This document shows, piece by piece, positions 50,212 through 62,325 of a stretch of DNA of 64,000 nt; positions within the stretch are counted from its first letter, which is position 1; each line of letters begins with the position of its first letter. The notes under the pieces were generated by a model. That model was not told the DNA's origin. It was given only the letters and a program-made list of their open reading frames with translations, and ran no database searches. Position numbers and translations under genes: made by a program. The stretch spans positions 1 to 64,000 of the forward strand of contig JYFJ02001344.1 of assembly GCA_000934665.2 (NCBI GenBank), given 5' to 3'. Source of the stretch: Catajapyx aquilonaris (lineage: Eukaryota).

Positions 50212-51249
50212 ATGGCTCAGATGCAGTCTGCTGTGACCACACCAGAAGTGGAGCCCTTCTTCTTCCAGTGGACCATTGAGAAGTTCAGCCTCCTGAAGGA
50301 GATTGGGAGCGTCAAGTCTGATCTGTTCCACACGTTTCATCCCGTACCGGCCAAGTGGCAGATGGTCCTGCATCCGAAGGGGATCGGCGAAGGCTCACCA
50401 GACCATCTATCACTCATACTAAACTGCAACGTACCGCAAATAAGCAAGGCTGAACTGCCGGTCATAATATGCACGATGACTATTAAGAGCACGGGTAACG
50501 AGGATTACAGGACGGAGCCGTTGGTCAAAGATTTTTTGAAGTATCACTCCAGCAGCTTTGGTACAAACCGGTTCATTAGCCTCAGAGAGTTTGAAGAAAA
50601 CGCTGGGTTATTACTACCGGGCGATACACTCACTTTAATATGTAAGGGCGATATAGTCATTAAGGTCAATCAGGCGAAGGGACAGCAGCGTAAGCAGTCG
50701 ATTGATATTCCAGCTTCGGGTTTGTTAAAGGACGTTGAGAACATGCTGGTGTCTGACGTCGGACGGGACGTAACATTGGTCGCTGGCAACTCCGAGTTCG
50801 CTGTGCATAAGTTCATACTGTGTGCACGTAGCCCTGTGTTCGCTGCCATGTTCGCTCATGATACGTTAGAGAACAGTACAGGTAAAGTCGTAATCGAGGA
50901 TGTCGAACCGACTGTACTGGAAGGTCTGATTTATTACGTGTATACGGACAGTCCGCCGCCAAATATCCGGGACATTGCGGGCGATTTGATGGCTGCGGCT
51001 GATCGGTATGAGCTGCTGCGGCTTAAGGCCATATGCGCTGCACAGTTGGTTAACGCCCTGAAAGTAGATGATGTCCTGTCGGTACTGAGCTTTGCGATAA
51101 AGTTAAACTGTGACCAGCTGAAGAAGGTTTGCCTCAGGTTTACGAAGGCGAATATCGAGGAGGTCGTACACAGCTCTTCGTGGCGAGACGTCGAGTGCGT
51201 GTCTCGTGAAGCATTGGCTGCCGTTACCATGTACGTTGCTAGGAAATAA
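50212..51249 (+). CDS. SPOP-like MATH-BTB protein (intronless CDS)
   Basis: FQWTIEKF...WQMVLHPKG (MATH); DVTLVAG...HKFILCARSPVFAAMFAH...LMAAADRYELLRLK (BTB); acceptor ttttcag just upstream of the ATG. Confidence 0.92.
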   Translation: MAQMQSAVTTPEVEPFFFQWTIEKFSLLKEIGSVKSDLFHTFHPVPAKWQMVLHPKGIGEGSPDHLSLILNCNVPQISKAELPVIICTMTIKSTGNEDYRTEPLVKDFLKYHSSSFGTNRFISLREFEENAGLLLPGDTLTLICKGDIVIKVNQAKGQQRKQSIDIPASGLLKDVENMLVSDVGRDVTLVAGNSEFAVHKFILCARSPVFAAMFAHDTLENSTGKVVIEDVEPTVLEGLIYYVYTDSPPPNIRDIAGDLMAAADRYELLRLKAICAAQLVNALKVDDVLSVLSFAIKLNCDQLKKVCLRFTKANIEEVVHSSSWRDVECVSREALAAVTMYVARK

Positions 51250-51685
51250 TTACTGCTGAGATTGGAATTTTATAGGAATTTTTGTAACATAATGGTTCGA
51301 TGTAACGTACTAAATGTAGCGCACATATTCAACAGTCATTATAAGAAGCTCTATTAACATGTAGACAGTATTATTGCACAGTTCATAGAATTGCAAAAAC
51401 ATTATAAAAATTTGCAATGTCCTTAACATTTGTGCCAAGTGTATGATACGTACCGATGTTGTCTGCTAACATTTAGAGAATATAAAAGTCATACTGTTAT
51501 TGCCCTGTCTTTTTCATAGTATGTGTTATCCATGTTCTGAATATGTACTCGTCTTAATATTTTTTCTGCCAATGTAATAATAAACCATTACCTTCATGTA
51601 CATGTCATAATTGCGGACAAGAAATCGTTTAGATATTGGCTGAAACAGCTTTATTTATTACATAGGATGTTTTCGATAGCAGCGG

Positions 51686-53461
51686 TTATGAAAGTAAATT
51701 GAGTACTCTTCCAATGATTCTCTGAAAATAATATTTTAGTATATTAATATTAATTAATAATAATTTGTAAATTATGAACTTACAGGTGGTACGAAATCAA
51801 GCAGTGCTCCCAAGACGCCCTGAAAGCCACAATATTTTATCGTTAAGGAAATAATTATTCGTAAACACATAGTGTATAATTACATAATTAATGCTTGCAT
51901 GTTAATTAGTATTATCTTACAGGTGGTCCTCGTTATAAGTTGAAATGGTGTGACAATATTTTCAAGTCCCCAGTAGGAGTTACGAGTTTGAATAATTTTC
52001 ATTTAATTGTCAATTATGCGATGACTTACGTCTAGATAAAAATTGTTCGAACAAATTATGATGTGCAATTTCAGTCACATAACGAAGACTGCCTGTGCAG
52101 ATATTTTCTTAATGATCATACAAGTTGCGGTATTGTCTGTCATGTTGGTGCGTACATTGGTAGTGCTGTACTGTACTATTCTGCCATTAAGCGGTTGGGT
52201 CGGCCTGTAATTCCTTGTAATTAGCCCATCTGGACCCTGCAGCTTCCGAAACTCTGCCAGCTTTTAACCAGATCATATTAGCATAATGTCACATTAAATT
52301 AACCCTAAATTGTACCTGCTTCCAGGATATTCTGACACTTTGTTGCATAACGAACCAAGTGACAACCTCGTTACAGTCTGGTGTCGTTAGCGAGCCTTTG
52401 TAGGTGAAGAAGTTTGATTTGTACTGTGGCATCAGGAGATTGAGAGAGATGGGCTGGCCTTGGATTGGGGCGGACGAACCTGCACTCCGCACATTCCCCA
52501 AGGCATTAATGATCGGGCTGAAGTCCCAGTTGTCGCTTCCTTGAATCTGAAAAATGATGTTAATGAGTCAGTCCGGCTTAAAAGAACGGACAGGTGCGAC
52601 TCACATTGAACAGAATACTGATGACCACAAGACCGTCCTCATTCTGCAGGGCCTGTGGGGTCGTTGCGTACTTCTTGTTACGATGCACCAGATGCATCTC
52701 CAGCGGACGGCTGCGACATGAGCAAATGTTTACTATGGTTTTGAGTACATGGCATCTTGTGACTCACGGCTGGCCATTTATGGTGTGCTCGCTTCCAACG
52801 CGATCATTTTCACCCCAGTGGAAATGAATGTTCTGAAATACGTAACTACCCGATGGCAGGTTACCTCCAGATACTTCAGGTGTCGGCCCGTTCCATGTTG
52901 CTGTTACATCAGCTGTGTTGTAGAGTATTGTTAAATTATTAATATGCAGATAAATTTGTGCTACAGGTCGTACCGCCATATCCGACATTTTCAAGTCTGG
53001 CTGATGCCATGTTCGCAGAGTATCCGCTGGACAGCACCAGTGCTGGGACCCGGGCACGTGTAACCTCGGAGGTCACAATGTTAATCGGTGACTGTCTCCT
53101 GCCTCCAGAGTTGCAGAATCCTCCCCAAGTATTAGGACCTGGCAGACAAACATATATGACCACTTATGGCTTACAGATATTTAAGAAAAAATTGAGCAGA
53201 GACATTACCGTTATTTGGACCATAACCCACTACTGCACTCATAACTATCTGGCCTGAAATAAATATAAACCATTGTTGGGTATAAAAAGAAGAAACTTTG
53301 CCTTTTATAGTAATAGAACTGAAACAGTTTATCACATATTATAATAATTCACAATATAATATTTTTAAATGTAATATTATAACAAGTTGGATATTTTAAA
53401 TACCTTGTCCCAATAACATGGCCAGCACGATACAGTGGTATCGAATCCTATTGTTACCCAT
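51686..53461 (-). CDS. Alpha-carbonic anhydrase, copy 1 (signal-peptide-like N-terminus, multi-exon)
   Basis: [24 protein letters not shown]...[37 protein letters not shown] spread over short GT-AG exons; small 3' exons approximate. Confidence 0.88.
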
Positions 53462-54267
53462 GTTTCAGCAGAGACAAAGTGTGTGTTACAATAAATCACT
53501 CTCGTTGCGAACACTGCAATGCAAACTCTTATCCAGGTTTTCCCATGCATTATATATAGATGCAAATCCCATGCGCAATCAGTTCGGCGCTCCGTGTGCC
53601 AATATAAGTAAAGTAATTGCAGGAATTTTTATTGCCGCTATTTTACAGCTAAAAGTAACGATGAAGGTGTCTTTGGGTGATTGGGAAAGGGAGTAGGTGA
53701 GGCCACACTACTATTGTTGCCTCGCCAATAGTTCTTCTGGGGCGCCAACGTAAAATGCGCGCAAAATATTTTTGGCATTACAGCTGCACCTGATATGCAA
53801 TAGAAAAAAATAATTATTCGTGCAAGGAGTTAATTTCAATGTTACCCCACGGATTTAAGAAGCAATATTCAAGCTGCACATGTGCTGTGCAACTTAATAG
53901 GCCACAGCCGCCTCCTTCCTTTCCTATCCTATCCCAAAAAGCGCAGTAAAAACGAAACGAAGTGTTCCAGTCAAAAAAATCCTCCTTAAAGAGCCGCCGG
54001 CTGATAACGGGGTATGAATTATTATATGCTGTGCAACTGGGGGCCAGATTAGAGCCTCTCTAGGCCAGACACGTCAAAGTGCTGCGTATCAGCGTATGTC
54101 ACGTTTCAAGTGCAAATTGAGCAGTAAAATTTTGTGCAGAGGTCGTGTCACACAAATCGGCATGAAACGAACCTATTACGACACGAACAGTGCGAAGAAT
54201 ACAGTTACTAGCTTTAAAAATATACATATAAAATGTTACGATCCTGCAGAATTTATGAGGCTAATTA

Positions 54268-54617
54268 GGCCATATCAATTCAGGGAGGCAAAGAAAAAAC
54301 CTAACCTTCATAGTCTCAGATGTTTTTGAATGCAACATAATTATGTTAAAATTCAGGAAAAAATGAGAAATATTTGTAAAAATCTTGTGAAAAATATTTT
54401 AAAAGCTGGTTTCTTACCTTTTTCTGAATTTTAACATATTGTATGTTAAAATTCAGAAAAAGTAAGAACCCCGCTTTTAAAATTTTGTTCAAAATTTTTT
54501 TACAAATATTTTATTTCTCATTTTTTCCTGAATTTTAACACATGTTAAATTCAAAAAACGTCTGAGACTATGAAAGTAACCCCCCCCCCCCCCCCCTTGC
54601 CTGNATTGATATGGACC
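54268..54617. mobile_element. Palindromic MITE-like insertion present only in duplication copy 1
   Basis: ggccatatcaat...attgatatggacc termini with long internal inverted arms; absent at the paralogous site ~58885. Confidence 0.65.
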
Positions 54618-55919
54618 AGGCCACGGACCAGGCCATGAGGGAAATTTCCAGTTGCCTTATGGAGAGGTGTGTTACCTGGCAGGTGGACGCCGCCATTTTA
54701 GATCCACCTCAAGAAACACATTTTTTTGGAAAGAAATTTATTACGGCTTGTTTAGATTTATTACTATAATATTTTACATTTATATCGCATTAGTAATTCC
54801 TATTATAATATTACAACATTATATTTATATGATATTATATATTATATTGTACAGTATTTATATTTTGTTATATTTAGAGTGTATTATTTATATATCTTAT
54901 ATTTAGAGTGTATTATTTATATATTTTTATATTTAGAGTGTATTATTTATATATTTCTTATATTTATATTATATTATATTATTGTTATACCTATATACTT
55001 ATATTATTTATATATTATTACATTACATTATATATTATATTATATACATTATATTACTATATTTATATTATATATTATATACATTATATTACTGTATATT
55101 ATGTTATTTATGTATTTTTTCTATTTATATTATATTATTTATATATTTGTTATATTTATATTATATTATTTATATATTTGTTATATTTATATTATATTAT
55201 ATATTTTTGTTATATTTATATTATATATTTTTGTTATACTTATATATTTATATTATATATTTTTGTTATACTTATATATTTATATTATATTATTTATACA
55301 TTATATTACTATATTTATATTATGTTCAGATTTCATTAATTGTATTTAATTTTTTATTAATTATTATAAGTCAAGTCTTTAGTCTGGCACAAACCAATTA
55401 ATCTTTTACCGTACTTCCGTACGTACCAATAACTCTTTATCGTGAGATCCTCACTCAACTGTTTTGGCATCGTGACTCTCTGCTGAGCAATATGCGTATT
55501 CATTACCGATTAAATTAATAATAATTAACTTATTAATTAATGAATTAATACTTAAGAAAAGATAGGGAAATCAATCTCTGAACTTTCACTGCTCGTGCCC
55601 CCATTGGATCAGGGTAGCCAACCCACTTCTACCGTCCACTACCGTATCATTCTGTCCGCGACTCCATAGACGCGCCTAGTGGCCGGCGATGGAAACATAG
55701 CACTGTCTATAAATTTCGGTAATTTGACGCTTAATTTACAAACATTGCGCACTTGTGATGATGTCTAAAGTGTGCAGTAGAGTCTCCTTTACGGGAGAAA
55801 TCAGGACCGGTGCTCGAATGTGCATTGGTGTAATTGCAGACTCCTGATGAGCTGAGTACTATCGGTTTATAGCACGTCCTCTGTCGGTTTGTAGACGTCG
55901 TCCAATGCCTCAAAGTGCT

Positions 55920-56320
55920 ATCGCTTCTCGGCCTGTTGAACAATACCAAAATGAAGATGCTGAAAGCTCTGGAGAAGCTGCCCGTACTGGAGAGACTAGT
56001 ACTAGTGCTGGTCGCTCTACTGCGTGCCGTTCTGGAGATGCCGGACAGGGACACTCTGCATATGCCACCCTTTACATCTCTACAGGACCTGCTACTACTA
56101 CTGCTGCTGTTGCTGGGGCTACTCCTAATGATGGTGCTACTGGTGCTGGTGCTGCTGGTGGTGCAAGGTCTGGCGGATCTAATGGGTCGGTTGCAGCAGT
56201 CCTTGCCTTGGCACTAACTACAACAGGGTTGATCTGGCATTGCAGTACCGCCAGAATCAGCTCGCCTCTCCTTCCATGGAAGGGGAGAGAGAGCCTCTCC
56301 TTCCATGGAGGGAGAGGCCA
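55920..56320 (+). other. Chimeric U2-derived gene: U2 5' end + ~290-nt non-U2 insert + U2 SL IV + duplicated 3' hairpin
   Basis: ATCGCTTCTCGGCCT at 55920 downstream of a U2-type promoter; SL IV gggttgatctggc-attgcagtacc-gccagaatcagctc at 56226-56263; no branch-site or Sm sequence. Confidence 0.85.
55951..56217 (+). CDS. Putative 88-aa Leu-rich membrane microprotein inside the U2 shell
   Basis: First ATG after the U2 +1, in CAAAATG context; the stop is 8 nt before SL IV; hydrophobic segments LVLVLVALL and LLLLLLLLLGLLLMMVLLVLVLLVV. Low complexity, so coding status is uncertain. Confidence 0.4.
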   Translation: MKMLKALEKLPVLERLVLVLVALLRAVLEMPDRDTLHMPPFTSLQDLLLLLLLLLGLLLMMVLLVLVLLVVQGLADLMGRLQQSLPWH

Positions 56321-56518
56321 CATTTAAAAAATCAAAAATCAAAATTTTATAGTCTCTGCCTCCATTTTGTCCGGGGTGAGTCATCACTAGTGTCATTATT
56401 GTATGGCTTTCGGATGACCGCACCAGTCCCGATACATTCGAAGGAAACAATATCACTCAATGGATTGGCGAAAAAGAGCTTTATTTATTACATAGGACAT
56501 AGTCTATAGCAGGTGCAG

Positions 56519-58209
56519 TTATGGAAATGAATTGAGTATGATTCCAATGATGCTCTGAAAATAATATATTAGTATATTAATATCAATTAATCACATGTAA
56601 ATTAATTATGAACTTACAGGTGGAATGAAATCAAGGAGTGCTCCCATGATGCCCTGAAAGCCACAACATTGTATCATTCGTAAGCACATAGTGTATAATA
56701 ATTACATGATTAATTCTTGCATGTTAATTAGCATTATCTTACAGGTGGTCCTCGTTATAAGTTGTCCCTTAAGCTATAAAATGCTGTGACAATAATTTTA
56801 AGTCACCAATATGGGTTACTAGTTTGTCAGAATAATTTGCATTTAATTGCCAATTATGTTATTGGCAAATGCAATTTCATGTCACATAATGAAGACTGCC
56901 TTTGCATATTTTATGATCATACAAGTTGCGGTATTGTCTGTCATGCAGGTTCATACCTTGGGAGTGCTGTGCTGTATTATTCTGCCATTACGCTCTTGGA
57001 GCGGCCTGTAATTCCTTTTAATTGGCCCATCAGGACCCTCCAGTTTCCGAAACTCTGCCAGCTTTTAACCAGATCATAATATTAGCAGATTGTCACATTA
57101 AATATTAACCCCTAAATTATTGTACCTGCTTCGAGGATATTCCTACTCCTTGTTGCATAACAAACCAAGTGACAACCTCGTTACAGTCTGGTGTCGTTAG
57201 TGAGCCTTTGTATGTGAAGAAGTATGATTTGTGCCGTGGCATCAGGTGATTGAGAGAGATGGGCTGGCCTGCGATTGAGGTGGACGAGCCTTCCATCCGC
57301 ACATCCTCCAAGGCATTAATGATTGGACCGAAGTACCAGTTGTCGCTCACTTGAAGCTGAAAAAATGTTAATGAGTCAGCGGCTTAAGAAGAGCAGACAG
57401 GTGCGACTCACATTAAACAGAATACTGATGACCACAAGACCATCCTCATTCAGGAGGGCCTCTTCGGTCGTTGCATACTTCGTGTTACGATGCACCAGAT
57501 GCATCTCCAGTGGATAACTGCGAAATGAGCAAATGTTAACTATGGTTGGGTATACATGGCATCTTGTGACTCACGGCTGGCCATTTATTCTGTGTTCGCT
57601 GCCAGCACGATCATTTCCACCCCAATGGAAATGAATGTTCTGAAATTCGTAGCTGCCTGATAGGTTACCTCCAGATAATTCAGGTGTCGGCCCGTTCCAT
57701 GTTGCTGTTACATCAGCTGTGTTGTAATACAAATATTATTAAATTATTTATATGCAGATAAGGTGCTACAGGTCTTACCGGCATGTCCGTCGTTTCCAAG
57801 TGTGGCTGATGCCATGGTTGCAAAGTACCCGCTTGACAGCACCAGATCTGGGACATGAATCCCTGACACCTCGGAGGTCACAATGTTAATCGGTGACTGT
57901 CTCCTGCCTCCAGAGTTGCAGAATCCTCCCCACGTATCAGGACCTGGCAGACATACATACATGACCATGTGGCTTATTACATATTTTAAAAGGAAAAAAA
58001 TAATTAGTAGAGACATTACCGTTCTCTTCACCATAACGCACTGCTTCCTGCATTGACGGAACTATCTGGCCTGAAATAATTCACAATATAATAATTTTTT
58101 AAATGTAATTATAACAAATGGGATATTTTAAAATACCTTGACCCAATAATAGTGCCAGCAGGATACAGTGGTATGACTGCTGGTATCGAATCCAGTAATT
58201 GTCATCCAT
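56519..58209 (-). CDS. Alpha-carbonic anhydrase, copy 2 (tandem paralog)
   Basis: Same exon structure as copy 1; [20 protein letters not shown]...[20 protein letters not shown]; paralogy extends through the upstream region to ~59100. Confidence 0.88.
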
Positions 58210-60598
58210 GTTTCAGCAGAGACAAAGTGTACACGACACGTGCAACAAATCAATCACTCTCGTTGCAAACACTGCAATGCAAACTCTTATCCAGGTTTTA
58301 CCATGCATTATATATAGAGGCGCGAAAAAAAATTGCGTGCAAATCGCATGCGCAATGAGTTTGGCGCGCCGTGTGCCAATATAAGTAAAGCAATTGCAGG
58401 AATTTTCATTGCCGCGCTTTTACAACTAAAAGTAACGATGAAGGTGTCTTTGGGTGATTGGGAAAGGAGTAGGTGAGGCCACAGAATACTTTTGCCTCGC
58501 CAATAGTGGGGTGCCAACGTAAAATGCGCGAAAAATATTTTAAGCATTACGGCTGCACCTGATATGTAATAGAAAAATAATTATTCATGCAACGAGTTAA
58601 TGTCAATGTTACCCCACCACGGATTTAAGAAGCCATATTCAAGCTGCACATGTGCTGTGCAACTGCGGGGGGCCAGATTAAAGCCTCTCTAGGCCAGACA
58701 CGTCAAGTGCTGAGTATGTCACGTTTCAAGTGCAAATTGAGCAGTAAAATTTTGTGCAGACGTCGTGTCACACAAATCGGCATGAAACGAACCAATTACG
58801 ACACGAACAGTGCGAAGAATATACGATAAACTCGTAGTTGCTAGCATTAAGAAAATAATAATTAAAAGTTACGATCCTGCAGATATACTTATGGGGGAAA
58901 TTTCCAGTTGCCTTATGGAAAGGTGTGTTACCTGGCAGGTGGGCGCAGCCATTTTGGATCCACCTCACAGAGACACAAATTTTTGAAAGGAAATTTATTG
59001 CGGCTTGTTTTGATTTATTACATAATTTTACATAGATTTATATCACATTAGTAATTTCTGTAATAATATTTTAACATTATATTTATATTAAGATTATAAT
59101 ATTGTACAGTATTTATATATTTTGTTATGTTTATATAATATACTTATATTATATTACTAGACTTTATTATATTTTGTTCATATTTATTATATTTTGTTCA
59201 TATTTATTATATTTTGTTCATATTTTATTATATTTTGTTCATATTTTAATATATTTTGTTCATATTTTATTATATTCACACTTATATTTATGTGTGTATT
59301 TATATTGTGTTCATATTTTATCATATTTACATTACTACATTTATACTTATTATTATTTATATTTATGTATCACATGCGTATTTATACTATTCACGGTATT
59401 ATATTATTTACTGTTTAATTTTACACTTATTATTCATTATATTGTTATATGATAATTCCGTATTTTGTATCATTCATATTATTATTTTGTTTACGATATT
59501 ATATTATCTTATTCGTGTCGTTTTTATAATTTATTTACATACCAGTATTCGCATTATTTACACCATATTTATATCTTATATTTACATTATTTATGTGTTG
59601 CTTTTTAAAATTATTATTATTAGAGTACGCAGCATTTCATATTTACATTATATCTATATGTTGATTAATTTATTTCCTCCTTCATTGTGCATTTCCCTGG
59701 AGCTCTGACCTGTAGCCAGCATCTGCATAGCCATATTTTGCAAGAACGTGCGAATTTTTTTTAGCGAAAAAAGTTCATCGACATGATCACGTGTATTTCG
59801 GAGAATGAGTGACACCTGGCTTATTCACAAACAAGGAAAAATATTTAAGCATCACCAACTGTGCATATAGGCATTCTTGGCAGGCCAATTAATTGCCAAA
59901 AATATGTCCCATTTTTTCTTGCAAAAATAGGTACCAATCAGAGCGTCCCCTTCTGGGAATTATTAATATGCCAGAAAAGACATTTAAATAAAAAAATTCC
60001 ATGGCAGCAGCATTGTAAATTTTAACTATGCTACAAGCAACACATGTTCTCCTTTGAAGTGCGTCATGCAAAGGTGACGACGACGTAAGGCATTTCCTGA
60101 AGGGGCAACAATGTGCACTGTATGCAAAGCAATTTTTATAGGCTACTAACGTCACCCGTTATTAATTTTTAAATTTTTCCCCTGCCATTGTATGCATGAG
60201 TGTGTATACTAGGTACACTACGTACTCCAGACACTAATATTTAATATTAAGACGAAAAAGTATAATAATGAGTTATAACTGAGCCTTTAAATCATTAAAG
60301 GAAATAATTATAATTAACAGTTTAATTATAGCAACCAATTATAATTAAATTTATAATCACAACAATAAAAGTTAAAATAATTACAATTACAAAATAATAA
60401 AATAATTACAATGATAAATTTATAAAATAATTACAATGATAAATTTATAAAATAATTACAATGATAAATTTATAAAATAATTACAATGACAATTTTAAAT
60501 AATTACAATAAATAATATCAATGACATTTCAGATATGTCTAACAATAATTTTTTATTATTATTATTAATATTATTAATATTATTATTGTTATTGTTAA

Positions 60599-60632
<34 letters not shown>

Positions 60633-61946
60633 GTTATTATTAATATTAATAATATTATTATTATTATTATTACTGAAATGCCTTATAATTTTAACAATTC
60701 AATTTGAACTAATTATTATAATTGAACTCTGTAGAATCATAATAATTATACGAATGGAAATTTAATAACTTATAATTAGTAGAATTATTGAAAATTTTAT
60801 TAATATACTAATTAAATTTATATGCGAATTTAAATTTAGGCAGTTATGCCACTTAAGATTCAGAAAATTACACCGATTGAATTTTAAATAATAACATCGC
60901 TTAAATTTTTAACAATTACATTGATTAATTTTTAATAATAACATCGCTTAAATTTTTAACAATTAAATTGATTAATTTTTAATAATAACATCGCTTAAAT
61001 TTTTAACAATTACATTGATTAAAATAAAAATAATAATTATACAAATTAAAATTGAAATAATAATTATACAAATTAAAATAAAAATAATAATTACACAAAT
61101 AAAAATAAAAATAATAATTATACAAATTAAAATTGAAATAATAATTATACAAATTAAAATTGAAATAATAATTATACAAATTAAAATAAAAATAATAATT
61201 ATACAAATTAAAATTTAATTAATTATCAAACTTAGAATAATGATAAAAATCAAACATTAAATAATAATTATAATAATTGATAGGAAGAATTAAAATTTTC
61301 AGCTTACATTATAGCCTATTACTATACATATACAAGTAGTACAACTTGCTATGCAATTGTAGCCCATAAATTCTGCGAATTTCTGATGGCCATCTTGTTA
61401 AGCATGCGGTTTGACAAGGATTGCGATTAATTGGCAAAGGGAGAAGGTTTTGCTCATTAACCGCAGGCCGCAATTAATGACCGGTAAGTGACCCGTCATA
61501 AAAAGGGAAAGGGTCCAGCTCTGTTTTGGGGGGGTTATTATAGTACGTGTTTTAAGGACAATTGGGAGAAAATGTTGATCGAAACTGATTAAAAGTAGTG
61601 TACAGCATGCTCTGGAGCATGAAAGTGTACATGTCCACAGTTTGTTGTTGACATATAACCATATACTCACATATGTACACACTAGCTATACATATTATTC
61701 CAGGAAAGGAAAGAGACACAACAATACGCAGAATATTACTGTAGCATACTATAGTATTTTTGATCCGACACTTGCGCACTATTGTTCGTAACAACTGTTT
61801 GCGGGGGAATGTTCGGCTTAATGAAAATGTGGTTTTAGCCAACACCGTTTCAATCAGATAATTAATCAGGTGAAGGTGACAGTATGAGCGACAATAAATC
61901 AAGACCCAAAAAATGTTATATTATGCGCATTTTATTTTATAGGCAC

Positions 61947-62022
<76 letters not shown>

Positions 62023-62325
62023 CATTCATATTCCGCAATCTGACCTGAATAAAATTAAATAATTGACATTAATAATTATGTATGAAAATATGAAAATGAT
62101 TCCAAGTGTTTCCCCGCTACGTTTTCAAATCGATACTATCGAACCACTCGAACTATCAGTATCATTTTTTGTCACTATGGTATCGATTGATTACTATTTT
62201 TAATCTTTTCAAGATGGCCGCTTTGTAACAGTCGTTTTTTTTTTTTGGTTGAGCCGGTTAGAATTTTTTTTGAGTCGTTTTCAGGACGATTTTTGGTCCA
62301 AAAAGTGGTTGGAAATTAGGAAGAG

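Noticed and set aside
54780..61260. Many I/Y/L/F-rich ORFs (also at 5855-6334, 8961-10039, 21427-21994, 49181-50090)
   Set aside because: AT-rich low-complexity or minisatellite DNA; no coding signal.
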